A program made the position numbers and the translations under genes. This document shows, in pieces, positions 41,388-51,865 of a stretch of 64,000 nt of DNA (the stretch's first letter is position 1; the number at the start of each line of letters is the position of its first letter). A model generated the notes under the pieces. The model had not been told where the DNA came from. It worked only from the letters and a program-made list of their open reading frames with translations, and did no database searches. The DNA is from an uncultured Holophagales bacterium (GTDB taxonomy: Bacteria; Acidobacteriota; Thermoanaerobaculia; Multivoradales; UBA5704). Where the stretch lies: contig CAWJGT010000009.1 of assembly GCA_963842525.1 (NCBI GenBank), positions 128,001-192,000 of the forward strand. Reading direction: 5' to 3'.

Positions 41388-42165
41388 CTACTGGTTCACT
41401 CCGCTGGCGAGGAAGCCGCCGTCGACGACGAGCACCTCGCCATTGACGAAGCTGGCGGCTTCCGAAGCGAGGAACACGGCAGCTCCGGCGAGCTCTTCGA
41501 CGCGGCCGAAGCGTCCGAGGGGGGTGCGGAGCTTGAACTCATGGCCACGTTCGGTGCCATCGAGCAGGTCCTGGTTGAGCGGCGTGCGGAAGACTCCCGG
41601 CGCGATGGCGTTGACCAGCACGCCTCTGGGTCCCCACTCGACGGCGAGCGCCTTGGTCAGCGCCGCCACGCCAGCCTTGCTCGCGGCGTACGCGGCGACC
41701 TCGTAGAGGCCGACGAACGATGCCAGCGAGGCGATGTTGACGATACGGCCGTAGCCGCGCTCGAGCATGTGGGCGCCGAAGACCTGGCAGGCGCGAAGCG
41801 TGCCGGTCAGGTTGGTGTCGAGGATGCCCTGCCACTCGGCGTCGTCGACTTCGAGCGTCGGGCGGCGGCGGCGTCCGTCCGGCGCAGTTGATCAGGATGT
41901 CGATCTTGCCAAAGGCCTCGATCGCGGCCTCGCGGAGCGCTTCCAGGGAGCCGCGGTCGGTGACGTCGCTGGCGAGCCGCAAGGTCCTCTTGCCGTGGCG
42001 TTCGATCGCGAGGGCCGTGGCGTCGACCTCCGCCTGCCGTCGCGAGCTGGCGGCGACATCGGCTCCTGCTTCCACCAGACCGTCGACCAGGGCACGTCCG
42101 ATGCCGGAGGTGCCGCCGAGGACGATCGCGATGCGTCCCGTGAGGTCGAATCCTGCGAACGCCAT
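41388..42165 (-). CDS. SDR oxidoreductase (gluconate 5-dehydrogenase/KduD-like), frameshift near 41870
   Basis: GGTSGIG, NCAG, YAASK, NAIAPG. Confidence 0.85.
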
Positions 42166-44603
42166 CAATTCCCCCGGGACCGCTTCGAGAGCTCCGCTAT
42201 CTGTAGGCCCGCCATGATCGCAGGGCCAATACCTTTGGGGTCGTTGTCCACCACGCGCTCGCTCATGTAGTAGCGGTAGCTGCCATCCCGCCCGTAGCCC
42301 AGGCCGCCCACCTCGACGACGTTGGTCAGGTGGAACGAGCCATCGGCATGGTCGGAGACGAACTCGTCGACCAGACCCGCATAGGCGTTCCGCGCGGCTG
42401 GCTCGAACGATCCGGGTAGATAGCCCTTGTTGATTCCCTTGGCCAGGAAGTAGGTGAACATCGCCGAAGCCGACGCCTCCCGGTAGTTCCCGGGTTCGGC
42501 GGGCATGTCCAGGATCTGGAACCAGACGCCGGTCGCGTCCTGGTGCCGGACCAGGCTCTCTGCCAGCTCCGGAATGATGGCGAGCAACGGCGCACGCAGC
42601 TCGGTCTTCTCGGGCGGGATCACGTCGAGGAGGTCGACGAGCGCCATGGCGTACCAACCGAGCCCTCGCCCCCAGAAGAAGCGCGACCGGCCGGTCTCGG
42701 GGTCCGCCCAGCTCTGTTTCTTTGCCTCGTCCCAGGCGTGGTAGTAGAGGCCCGAGCGCGCGTCGCGCAGATGGGACCGCGCGATCGTGAGCTCCCGCAC
42801 CGCCTCCTCGACCTTGTGGTCGTCGCCCTCCGCGACTCCGAAGCCGGCGAGGAACGGCATTCCCATGTAGACCCCGTCCAGCCACAGCTGATGGGGATAG
42901 CGCTGCTTGTGCCAGAACGCCCCTTCCGACGTGCGGGGATGCGTCGCGAGCTGCGCTGCCAGCGCACCGATGGCAGCCCGATACCTGGGGTCGGGATGCC
43001 GGGCCTGCAAGCGTTGCAGCATCTTGCCCGAGTTGATGTGGTCGATGTTGAACTCCCCGGCGTCGTAGCCGAGGATCGCGCCGTCCGCGGTCAGGTAGCT
43101 GTCGATCGTGCGCCGGGCGAAGGCGGCGAAGCGGGAGTCGCCGACGGCCGCCGAAAGGTCGTCCATCGCCTGCATCAGGAGCCCGGTGGTGTAGTTCCAA
43201 CTGCTGGGCCGCAACGTCAACGCGTCCCAGCCGCCGTACGAGAGGCTGTCGCCGCGGCGCGCCATCTCCGACTCGGCCAGGCGGGTGGAGACCTGGATGG
43301 GGCTCAGCTCGCGGGCGCTGCGCGACGCCTCCGTCTTGAGGCGGATCCGCGGAGACAGCGTGCGCCGCTCGACCTCGGCCTCGAGGAATGCCTTCAGCTC
43401 CTCGCGGGTCTGGACGCCGCCCTTCTGGCCGGACCACAGGGCGCCGAAGGCATAGGAGACCTCCTTGCCTCGCGGCCGCAGCACCAGGACCTGGCTGGCC
43501 TCGTCTTTGGTCTGCTCGACGAGGTCCATCTTGCGGAAGAGGAGCACCATCCCGAGATGGCCGCCTTCGACCCCCTCGAACAATGTCTGGCGCCCGAAGG
43601 TCGCCATGTAGCTCCAGGCCTCCCCGGTGACGTCGAGGTCGCCCGTCATCACCTCAGCCTCCGGGTGCGTGACCAGGCCGACGGCGAGGTTGTCGAGCCT
43701 GCCGGAGGTCACCGAGGTCTCCAGGGCCACGTCCACCATGGGGCTCCCGGCCTGCATCGACAGGGTGGCGAGGAGGTCGACGGTCGTCGCGCCAGTCTTC
43801 CAGCCCTTGTAGCCGATCTCGAAAGAGGAGTGGATCGGGCCGTCGGACCTGATCGTGGTGGAGCGCTCCGCGACGTCGGAGACCAGCACGGCCTTGGCGC
43901 CGTCCCAGTAGCCGTAGCCGCCCATTCCCAGGCTCTGGCCCACCTTCAGGATGTCCGCGCCCCAGTCGGCCATCTGGTGGTAGCTTTCGTAGCCGTCGAG
44001 CCCCACGCCCGGCAGCACCATCGCGGACGTCTTCTTGCCGAAGATGTCGAATCCGTTGCGCCAGTCGAGGTAGACCCGGTAGCCGACGAGGTCGCTCTCG
44101 ATCCCCGGCCCCTCGTAGCGGAGGTATTCGTTGTGATCGCTGGCCTGGGGCGGCATGGTGACCTGGCGGACGTTCCGGAACGTGCCGCCCTTGTAGACCT
44201 TCTCCTGCCAGGCGCCGCCCTCCTTGATCGACACCTCGGCGTAGGCCCGCGCCGGAGCGGCGCTCCCGGCCGGGCGCCGGTCGACGGCGTAGCTGTGGGT
44301 CGCTGCGGCGCCGAGATCGGCCAGGAAGGCGAGCCCGTCGGGGCTGCCGTCGCCGTCGTCGTCTAGGAGCTGCGTGGGCCTCGCGGCGTTCCCCTCCCAC
44401 ACCTGAAGCGGTCCGCCGGTGACGCCGAGCTGGTCGAACGAGAGGCGGACGAGCGTGTCGGGTCGGGCGAATGCGGAGGGATTGGAGACCTCGATCCGGG
44501 CGACGGCTGGCGATGCGGGAACCGTCGCCGCTTCGGGAGCCGATGCGAGGAGAAGCAGAGGCAGGGAAAGAACGATGGGCGCTCTCATGAAATGGACCCT
44601 CAT
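42165..44603 (-). CDS. DUF4861 + GH105/GH88 unsaturated rhamnogalacturonyl hydrolase
   Basis: EGPGIESD..GYRVY; FWHK..YP.QLWLDG.YM, FWGRG.GW. Confidence 0.88.
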   Translation of the reverse strand: MRVHFMRAPIVLSLPLLLLASAPEAATVPASPAVARIEVSNPSAFARPDTLVRLSFDQLGVTGGPLQVWEGNAARPTQLLDDDGDGSPDGLAFLADLGAAATHSYAVDRRPAGSAAPARAYAEVSIKEGGAWQEKVYKGGTFRNVRQVTMPPQASDHNEYLRYEGPGIESDLVGYRVYLDWRNGFDIFGKKTSAMVLPGVGLDGYESYHQMADWGADILKVGQSLGMGGYGYWDGAKAVLVSDVAERSTTIRSDGPIHSSFEIGYKGWKTGATTVDLLATLSMQAGSPMVDVALETSVTSGRLDNLAVGLVTHPEAEVMTGDLDVTGEAWSYMATFGRQTLFEGVEGGHLGMVLLFRKMDLVEQTKDEASQVLVLRPRGKEVSYAFGALWSGQKGGVQTREELKAFLEAEVERRTLSPRIRLKTEASRSARELSPIQVSTRLAESEMARRGDSLSYGGWDALTLRPSSWNYTTGLLMQAMDDLSAAVGDSRFAAFARRTIDSYLTADGAILGYDAGEFNIDHINSGKMLQRLQARHPDPRYRAAIGALAAQLATHPRTSEGAFWHKQRYPHQLWLDGVYMGMPFLAGFGVAEGDDHKVEEAVRELTIARSHLRDARSGLYYHAWDEAKKQSWADPETGRSRFFWGRGLGWYAMALVDLLDVIPPEKTELRAPLLAIIPELAESLVRHQDATGVWFQILDMPAEPGNYREASASAMFTYFLAKGINKGYLPGSFEPAARNAYAGLVDEFVSDHADGSFHLTNVVEVGGLGYGRDGSYRYYMSERVVDNDPKGIGPAIMAGLQIAELSKRSRGN

Positions 44604-45364
44604 CACCGCGCCAGCCAACCGCCGTCGACGGCGATGGTGTAGCCGTGCATGTACTGCGATGCGGCCGAAGCGAGAAAGACGGCCGCGCCTTGAAGGTCGT
44701 CCGGGGATCCCCATCGTCCGGCGGGGATCCTCTCCAGGATCGCCTTGCTGCGTACCGGATCCTCGCGGAGGGGTTTGGTGTTGTCGGTCTCCATGTACCC
44801 CGGGGCGATCGCGTTGACGTTGATGCCGTGCGGTGCGAGCTCGTTGGCGAGAAGGCGGGTGAGCCCCAGGACCGCGCTCTTCGAGGCCGTGTACGAGGGC
44901 ACCAGGATGCCGCCCTGGAAGCTGAGCAATGAGGCAACATTGACGATCTTGCCGCCGCGTCCCTGCCCGATCATCACCTTGGCGACGGCCTGGCTGAGGA
45001 GGAAGACGCTCCGGATGTTGACGTCCATCACGTCGTCCCAGTCCTTCTCGGTGAACTCGACGAGCGGCGCCCGGCGGATGATGCCGGCGTTGTTGACCAG
45101 GATGTCGATTCCGCCGAGCCTCTCGACCGTCTCGGCGACGATCCTGGCGACGGAGCCGCTGTCGGCGAGATCTGCTTGCACTGTCACGCAGCGGCGGCCG
45201 AGCGCCTCGATCCGCTCCTGTGTCTCCGATCCGTCGGAGCGGTGAACGAGAGCTACGTCGGCGCCGGCCTCGGCGAGCCCCACCGCAATGCTCTGGCCGA
45301 GGCCGCGAGAGGTGCCCGTGACGATCGCGGTCCTGCCGTCGAGCTTGAACTGGTCCAGGATCAC
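44603..45364 (-). CDS. kduD: 2-dehydro-3-deoxy-D-gluconate 5-dehydrogenase
   Basis: ASLLSFQGGILVPSYTASK, AVDGGWLAR. Confidence 0.93.
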   Translation of the reverse strand: MILDQFKLDGRTAIVTGTSRGLGQSIAVGLAEAGADVALVHRSDGSETQERIEALGRRCVTVQADLADSGSVARIVAETVERLGGIDILVNNAGIIRRAPLVEFTEKDWDDVMDVNIRSVFLLSQAVAKVMIGQGRGGKIVNVASLLSFQGGILVPSYTASKSAVLGLTRLLANELAPHGINVNAIAPGYMETDNTKPLREDPVRSKAILERIPAGRWGSPDDLQGAAVFLASAASQYMHGYTIAVDGGWLAR

Positions 45365-45371
45365 GGCTTCC

Positions 45372-46211
45372 TCACCTTAGCTGGTCGATGGTCAGATGGT
45401 CCATGTCGTCGAAGGCCTGGTTCTCGCCGCCCATGCCCCAGCAGAAGCTGTAGGCCGCCGTGCCCGTACCGCAGTGGATCGACCAGCTCGGGGAGATCAC
45501 CGCCTGGCCGTCGGCGACCACCAGGTGCCGGGTCGCCTCCGGGCGGCCCATGAAGTGGAACACGCGAGCGTCTGCGGGCACGTCGAAGTAGAGGTAGACC
45601 TCCATGCGGCGCTCGTGGGTGTGGGGCGGCATGGTGTTCCACACGCAGCCCGACTCCAGCACAGTGAATCCCATGACGAGCTGGCAGCTCCGCGCGCCGC
45701 CCGGATGGATGAGCTTGTAGAGGGTTCGCTGATTGGCGCTCTCCCTGCTGCCCAGTCGCACGGCTTCGGCCTCGGACTGCCGGATGCGGACCGTGGGATG
45801 GGCGGCGTGGGCGGGAAAGCTGAGCAGGTAGTATCTCGCCGGCGTGGCCGGCGTCCGGGCCGAGTCGCTGGCGAAGGTGATGGCCTTGCTGCCCCGGCCG
45901 ACGTAGAGGCCGTCACGCCCGGCCAGGGGGTGCTCCACGCCGTCGACGGTGACGGTTCCGGGGCCGCCGATGTTGAGAACCCCGAGCTCCCGGCGCTCGC
46001 AGAACGTCTCGGCGCGCAGCTCCGGTGCCGACGCCAGGGAGAGGGGCTTCGTCGCCGGGACGGCGGAGCCCACGATGGCGCGATCCAGGTCGCTGTAGAC
46101 CATGGAGATGCGGTCCGCGGGGAAGAGCGTGTCGATCAGGAAGGTCTGCCGGACCTCCTCGGTGCTCATGCGCTCGAAGCGCACGGGGTCGGCCGTGTAG
46201 CGGACCTTCAT
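45372..46211 (-). CDS. kduI: 5-dehydro-4-deoxy-D-glucuronate isomerase
   Basis: WNTMPPHTHERRME.Y.YF, SPSWSIH, MGGENQAFDDMD. Confidence 0.96.
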   Translation of the reverse strand: MKVRYTADPVRFERMSTEEVRQTFLIDTLFPADRISMVYSDLDRAIVGSAVPATKPLSLASAPELRAETFCERRELGVLNIGGPGTVTVDGVEHPLAGRDGLYVGRGSKAITFASDSARTPATPARYYLLSFPAHAAHPTVRIRQSEAEAVRLGSRESANQRTLYKLIHPGGARSCQLVMGFTVLESGCVWNTMPPHTHERRMEVYLYFDVPADARVFHFMGRPEATRHLVVADGQAVISPSWSIHCGTGTAAYSFCWGMGGENQAFDDMDHLTIDQLR

Positions 46212-47623
46212 GGAGGTGTCCCCACGCTCACGGGACGGCCCGCCACCGTCACGCCGTCGAACCGGAGGTCCTGGACGTTTTCGAGGATCAAGGTCTCCTT
46301 CGCAGAAGCGACGGCGACGTTGCGCAGGACTACGCCCCGAAGAGGTGCCTGGGGGGGCGCGTGGGCTTCGAACAGCGTGCCCACGTTCTCCACCTGGAAG
46401 TCCTCGAAGACGATATCGCGGTAGGTCGAAGGGAAGTTGCCGCCCAGCTCGCCGGGGTAGTTGAGCTGGAACCAGAACAGACGCTCGAAGGAACCGACCT
46501 TGAAGCGCCGGACCCCCACGTGCTCGACGGTGCCGCCGCGGTCCAGATTCGCCTTGAAGCGGATGGCCGACGACCCCGAGCGCAGCACGTTGTCGGTGAA
46601 GAACACGTAGCGGATGTCCCCGGACATCTCGCTGCCCAACGCGATGCCATCCTCACCCCCCATGTCATTGCGGCGCACCACCACGTACTCGCTGGGCTTG
46701 CCGACGGTGCGGCCGTCGAGATCGCGGCCGGACTTGATCACCACCGCGTCGTCCCCGGTGCGGAAGATCGAGTCCTCGACCAGCACGCAGCGGCTCGAAT
46801 CCACGTCGACCCCGTCGTTGTTCGGGAAGTGGCTCTCCACCGTGATCCCGCGCACCGTGACGTGCTCGCTGTAGACGAGGTGGTTGACCCAGAAGGGCGA
46901 GTTCACGGCGGTGAAGCCCTCCAGGAGGACGCGGCGAGCGCGCAGGAGCTGCACGAGCGGCGGTCGCAGGTGCGTGCCGGCCCCGAACACGCGCTCCTCG
47001 AGCGGCACGCCGGTGAAGCCCATGCGGCGGAGGCGCTGCATGTCGGGCTCCGCCAGGGGGTGCCAAGCGTGAAACCCGCTGCGGGCGTTGCCGTCGATGG
47101 TCCCGGGGCCCGTGATGGCCACGTCCTCCACGTCCCGGGCATAGACGAGCGGCGAGTAGCCGAGCACCCGCGTACCCTCCCAGCGGGTCTCGACCACCGG
47201 CAGGTAGTGCTCCGGTTCGGGTGCGAACAGCAGGTGCGCTCCCGGCTCGAGGTGGAGCTCGATGCGACTCTGCAACTGGATCGGGCCGCGGCTCCGCCAG
47301 ACGCCCGGGGACAGCACCACGCGCCCGCCGCCTTCGGCCGTCGCCTTGGCGATCGCCGCGAGGATGGCAGGGCGTGCATCGGCGGCAGTCTTATTGTCGA
47401 AACAATCGCCGGCGGCACCGAAGTCGGCCGCCCGGTAGATCCGTGCCGGGATGCGTGGCGCCTCGATGCGGGAGACGATGGTCTCGACCATCGTCCAGTC
47501 CACCCGTCCGGGCGCCGGATCATCCTGGGCTGAGAGGGGGGCTGAGAGGGGCCAGAACCCCGCCAGCAGCAGGAGCAAAGTCCCGCTGGCGCCCACCCGG
47601 CAGATGGTGTGGCCTCTTGGCAT
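46208..47623 (-). CDS. GH28 polygalacturonase
   Basis: NNDG, GDD, IKSGRD, GSE, RFK. Confidence 0.92.
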   Translation of the reverse strand: MPRGHTICRVGASGTLLLLLAGFWPLSAPLSAQDDPAPGRVDWTMVETIVSRIEAPRIPARIYRAADFGAAGDCFDNKTAADARPAILAAIAKATAEGGGRVVLSPGVWRSRGPIQLQSRIELHLEPGAHLLFAPEPEHYLPVVETRWEGTRVLGYSPLVYARDVEDVAITGPGTIDGNARSGFHAWHPLAEPDMQRLRRMGFTGVPLEERVFGAGTHLRPPLVQLLRARRVLLEGFTAVNSPFWVNHLVYSEHVTVRGITVESHFPNNDGVDVDSSRCVLVEDSIFRTGDDAVVIKSGRDLDGRTVGKPSEYVVVRRNDMGGEDGIALGSEMSGDIRYVFFTDNVLRSGSSAIRFKANLDRGGTVEHVGVRRFKVGSFERLFWFQLNYPGELGGNFPSTYRDIVFEDFQVENVGTLFEAHAPPQAPLRGVVLRNVAVASAKETLILENVQDLRFDGVTVAGRPVSVGTPP

Positions 47624-47654
47624 GAGGGTATTGTAGCCCAACTCCGGCGAGTTT

Positions 47655-47868
47655 TGCCACCGGTGGCAGCGAAAGTCCATCATCGAAGGCTCCTCCGCCC
47701 GGCCGCTCGCGAGGCACGGCGGACTGTGGGGGATGCAGGTAAGTTATTGTTGTTGTGGTACTTATTGGTCTGGCATGCGCGGGTGGGGCGGCACAGTGTT
47801 GCCAGCGACGGCATATCCCTCTTGCTTCGCCGATCCAACCTGGTCCATACTGAGTGCCAGCGCAGGCA
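47655..47868. promoter_or_regulatory. Three LacI-type operators in the divergent promoter region
   Basis: TGCCACCGGTGGCA (47655, perfect palindrome), TGCCAGCGACGGCA (47800), TGCCAGCGCAGGCA (47855). Confidence 0.7.
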
Positions 47869-47967
47869 ATTCTCCGAGATCAGGCTCCCTGAGGTTTGGA
47901 AGAACCGGCGGATTCAGCCGCTACCACCTAGTCACTGGGAAGGCATTTCAGCGAAAGGAGGAAAAGT

Positions 47968-50784
47968 ATGCTCAGTCCGTCGACCGATCGCTCACGCTGG
48001 TCAAGAGGCGCGCTCCTGGTCGCCCTCCTCATGGTCCTCGGCGGGTTTCAGCCCGCTCTGGCGCAGGACGCCGGCCAGGAGAATGCGCCGCAGGAGCCGC
48101 AGGAGAAGAAAGAGCCCGGGGCAGCCGAAGGCGAAGAGGCAGCCGAAGGCGAAGAGAGCGCCGCGGAAGAACCGGCCGTGTTCGGGGAGACCATCGATGT
48201 CGTCACGGGCTATCGCCACGCCCTGGAGGAGTCGGTGGTTCTGAAGCGAGACGCGGTCAACGTCCGCGACAGCATCGTGACCGAGGACATCGGCAAGATG
48301 CCGGACCTCAACCTGGCGGAAGCGATCCAGCGTGTGCCAGGGGTGGCGATCGTCCGTGAGGGTGGCGAAGGACGCAATATCGACATTCGGGGCCTGGGCG
48401 CGGCCTTCACCCAGGTCACGCTCAACGGCATGGAGGTGCCGGCCTCGACCGGTGGCCTCGACAGCTCCGGCGGGATCAACCGCGGGCGTGCCTTCGACTT
48501 CAACGTCTTCCCCGCCGAGATCTTCTCGCGCATCGACATCAACAAGTCGTTGGTGGCTTCGGTCGAAGAGGGCGGGGTGGGAGGCGCGGTCCAGATGTAC
48601 ACCGCGGGCGGGCTGGACAATCCCACTTCGCGGGCGTCGGTTCTGTTCCAGACTGGCTACAACGACCTGTCGGGGGAATCGGATCCGCGGTTCACGGCAA
48701 CCTACACCGCGGCGAACAAGGCGAAGACCCTGGGCCTCATGATCTCCGCGGCGGGGATGGAGCGCCACTCCTGGCAGGATGGTTTTGGCACCGTCCGCTG
48801 GCAGAGGCCGGACGCGAGCTTCAGGGGGAACGAGACGACGCTGAGCAACCAGCAGCTCCAATCGGCGTGGTACCCGCGCCTGCCCCGCCAGGACAGCTTC
48901 CGGCACGACCAGGAGCGCCAGGGCCTGGCGAGCTCGCTGCAGTTCCGCCCGAACGACAAGCTGGACCTCGGCTTGAATCTGGTGCACTCGAAGTTCGAGG
49001 CAACGACGACCAGCTACAACTCCTTTGGTCAGTTCCGTCGTCTCGGCATCTGGGGCTTCAACAGCATCACCCCGACCAACGTCACCCTGGAACCGAGCGG
49101 GAACGGACAGGTTGCCGTTGCCGGTACCTTCAGGGGCGTGTCGCTGCGGACGGAGAGCCGCGAGACCGAAGACCAGACCACCTTCGATCAGTTGACGGCA
49201 AACTTCGAGTACGACATCAACGACAGCCTGACCCTCACCGGCATGGTGGGCCGTGCCACGTCCGAGTACGAGGACCTCCTCTTCCGTGTCAACATCGAGA
49301 CCACGGATCCCAACATCGGTTTCTCGTACGACTTCACGGGGAATCCCGACGTGGCTGCGATCAACTACAACATCGACGTCACCAACCCGGCCAACTTCAT
49401 AGTTCAGAGCGACGGGCTGCTGCAAAAGAACCTCGTCGACCGCACGAACGACACCGCGCGGGTCGATCTCGACTGGTTTTTCCGCACCGGGCATAGTTTC
49501 CGCTTCGGCGCGATCTACAACGACCGCGAGGTGGACAGCCAGATCTTCCAGCAGACCGCGACTCCTCCGAATGTGTCCCTCTCCTCCATCAGCAAGGTCT
49601 TCCAGTTCGAAGACGTCGGTGGTTACGGCAGCGGAACCGAGCTGCGCTTCCTGGTACTGGACTTCGCTCGTGCCAAGGACGCCTTCAACTTCGGATCGAG
49701 CTTCCAGCCTTTCCGCGGCCCGGGTCGGGCCACGTGGGTCGTCACGGAGGAAACGGCGGGCGCCTACGGGGAATACAACTGGGTGACCGAGCTGAACGAG
49801 CACGCCTTCCGCTTCAACCTGGGCGCTCGCTACGTGGACACCAAGACCACCGGCCTGGGTTGGCTGTCGAGCACGCTCAGCAATACCGAGACGAACGACT
49901 ACGGCGACCTCCTGCCGTCGCTGAGCGTCGCTTTCGACGCCACGCCGGAGCTCGTGCTGCGCGCCGGTGTGAGCCGCACGATGACCCGGCCCTCCCTCGC
50001 GGTCCTGGCGCCCGTCAAGACCTATGGGAACACGAACCTGACGGTGACCGGCGGAAACTCCCAGTTGGAGCCCCTGCTGTCGGACAACTTCGACCTCGGT
50101 GCGGAGTGGTACTTCACCGAAAAGGCCGTGCTGGGAGTGGCTCTCTTCTACAAGGACATCGACAGCTTCATCTCCGCTCCGACGACCCAGGAGCCCCTCC
50201 GTCCGGAGGACCGGGCCGCCGTGGCCGCCGTGTTCCCGACGCAGCCGCAACTGCTCGATCCGAGCCTGATCTGGACCTACAGCACCTTCGCCAACTCCGA
50301 GGGTACGAAGCTGGAGGGTTTCGAGATCGCGTATCAGCAGAGCTTCTCGGCACTGCCCGGCTTCTGGGGCAATTTCGGCGTCAACGGCAACTACTCCTAC
50401 GTGGACGCCGAGACCACGGTGGTCCGCAGTGGCCGGGAGGTTACTGTGCCGCTGGCAGGGATGTCCAACCACTCCTGGAACGCCACCCTCTTCTACGAGA
50501 CGCCGCGGTGGGGCTCGCGCGTGTCGGTGAACAACCGGGACGACTACGTCACCAACAACCTCGGCGCCAACGGCAACATCTCCGAGGCCACGACCGGCCC
50601 GATCCGTTGGGACATGAGCGCCTTCGTGCACGTCTTCAAGCACTTCTCGCTGACCCTGGAAGGTATCAATCTCACCGACGAGGAAGAGCGGCTGTACACG
50701 ACCGGCGACGGGACGATGGACCTGGTCCGCGAGATCAACTTCTCGGGCCGCCAGTACTTCCTGGGGGTGCGCTGGAACCTCTAA
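47968..50784 (+). CDS. TonB-dependent receptor
   Basis: DIGKMPD.NLAEAIQRVPGV plug, GEG...IRGL, beta-barrel C-terminus GVRWNL. Confidence 0.95.
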   Translation: MLSPSTDRSRWSRGALLVALLMVLGGFQPALAQDAGQENAPQEPQEKKEPGAAEGEEAAEGEESAAEEPAVFGETIDVVTGYRHALEESVVLKRDAVNVRDSIVTEDIGKMPDLNLAEAIQRVPGVAIVREGGEGRNIDIRGLGAAFTQVTLNGMEVPASTGGLDSSGGINRGRAFDFNVFPAEIFSRIDINKSLVASVEEGGVGGAVQMYTAGGLDNPTSRASVLFQTGYNDLSGESDPRFTATYTAANKAKTLGLMISAAGMERHSWQDGFGTVRWQRPDASFRGNETTLSNQQLQSAWYPRLPRQDSFRHDQERQGLASSLQFRPNDKLDLGLNLVHSKFEATTTSYNSFGQFRRLGIWGFNSITPTNVTLEPSGNGQVAVAGTFRGVSLRTESRETEDQTTFDQLTANFEYDINDSLTLTGMVGRATSEYEDLLFRVNIETTDPNIGFSYDFTGNPDVAAINYNIDVTNPANFIVQSDGLLQKNLVDRTNDTARVDLDWFFRTGHSFRFGAIYNDREVDSQIFQQTATPPNVSLSSISKVFQFEDVGGYGSGTELRFLVLDFARAKDAFNFGSSFQPFRGPGRATWVVTEETAGAYGEYNWVTELNEHAFRFNLGARYVDTKTTGLGWLSSTLSNTETNDYGDLLPSLSVAFDATPELVLRAGVSRTMTRPSLAVLAPVKTYGNTNLTVTGGNSQLEPLLSDNFDLGAEWYFTEKAVLGVALFYKDIDSFISAPTTQEPLRPEDRAAVAAVFPTQPQLLDPSLIWTYSTFANSEGTKLEGFEIAYQQSFSALPGFWGNFGVNGNYSYVDAETTVVRSGREVTVPLAGMSNHSWNATLFYETPRWGSRVSVNNRDDYVTNNLGANGNISEATTGPIRWDMSAFVHVFKHFSLTLEGINLTDEEERLYTTGDGTMDLVREINFSGRQYFLGVRWNL

Positions 50785-50785
50785 G

Positions 50786-51865
50786 ATGGACGCAATGAGC
50801 GGCGAGAACAAGCAGCCATCGACGATCAGCGACATCGCCCAACTGTCGGGCGTCTCGAACCGCACCGTCTCCCGGGTGATCAACCGGTCGTCGAAGGTGG
50901 GCGAGGCGACCCGCGAGAAGGTCCAGCGGGTCATCGATGAGATGAGCTACCGGCCGAATGCGCAGGCTCGCGGCCTCGCCGGCGGGCGCTCCTATCTGCT
51001 CGGTCTGATCTACGACAATCCGGACGCTTTCTTCATCGACGAGGCACAGCGCGGTGTGTTGAACGTGTGCCGCGAGCTCGGGTACGAGCTCGTCATCCAT
51101 CCCTGCGGCGAGACCGACACGCTGTCCAGCGAGGTGGTCGGCTCCGTCAAGCGATCGAAGCTGGACGGCGTGATCGTGCTGCCTCCGCTCTCCGAGGACC
51201 ACAACCTGTTCGGCGCGCTCGCCCAGGAGAAGGTCCCCTATGTGCGGTTGGCTTCCGTCGCGCTCGACACCTCGGATCGTATCGTGGTCTCCAACGAGCG
51301 GTCCGCGGTGGCCGAGATGGCCGAATACCTGGTCGAGCTCGGGCACCGGAGGATCGGTTACATCACCGGGCCGGCAGGCAGAAGATCGACGCGCGAGCGG
51401 CTCGAGGGCTTCACCGACGCGCTGGAGAGGCTCGGCTGCGCGCTTCGCGAGGAGATGATCGCCCAGGGGGCGTACTCGTTCGAATCGGGGATCGAGGGCG
51501 CCCGGGCGCTGCTGGCGAATCCCGAGCCGCCGACGGCCATCTTCGCCAGCAACGACGACATGGCGGCGGGAGTGATCCAGACCGCGACGGAGATGGGCCT
51601 CTCCGTGCCACGGGACTTGTCGGTGGCGGGATTCGACGACAGTGCGCTGGCAACGAGGATCAGGCCGGCGCTCACCACGATCCGGCGGCCGGTGCGAGCG
51701 ATGGCGCGACTGGCGGCCAACAAGCTCATCGCATCCATCGAAGGTCGACCCAACGACGCCCGGATGGGTGTCTTCCTGGATCCGGACCTGATCATCCGCG
51801 CTTCGACCCGATCGATTGGCCCGGCGGCTCGAGTGATGGAGGGAGGCGAGCTTGTCCAGCCTTGA
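50786..51865 (+). CDS. LacI-family transcriptional regulator
   Basis: TISDIAQLSGVS.RTVSRVIN, YRPN..ARGL, SVAGFDD. Confidence 0.95.
   Translation: MDAMSGENKQPSTISDIAQLSGVSNRTVSRVINRSSKVGEATREKVQRVIDEMSYRPNAQARGLAGGRSYLLGLIYDNPDAFFIDEAQRGVLNVCRELGYELVIHPCGETDTLSSEVVGSVKRSKLDGVIVLPPLSEDHNLFGALAQEKVPYVRLASVALDTSDRIVVSNERSAVAEMAEYLVELGHRRIGYITGPAGRRSTRERLEGFTDALERLGCALREEMIAQGAYSFESGIEGARALLANPEPPTAIFASNDDMAAGVIQTATEMGLSVPRDLSVAGFDDSALATRIRPALTTIRRPVRAMARLAANKLIASIEGRPNDARMGVFLDPDLIIRASTRSIGPAARVMEGGELVQP

Noticed and set aside
47968-50934. Long antisense ORFs (e.g. 48001..50934, 22828..25824, 6518..7771)
   Set aside because: Shadows of high-GC coding strands with no motifs
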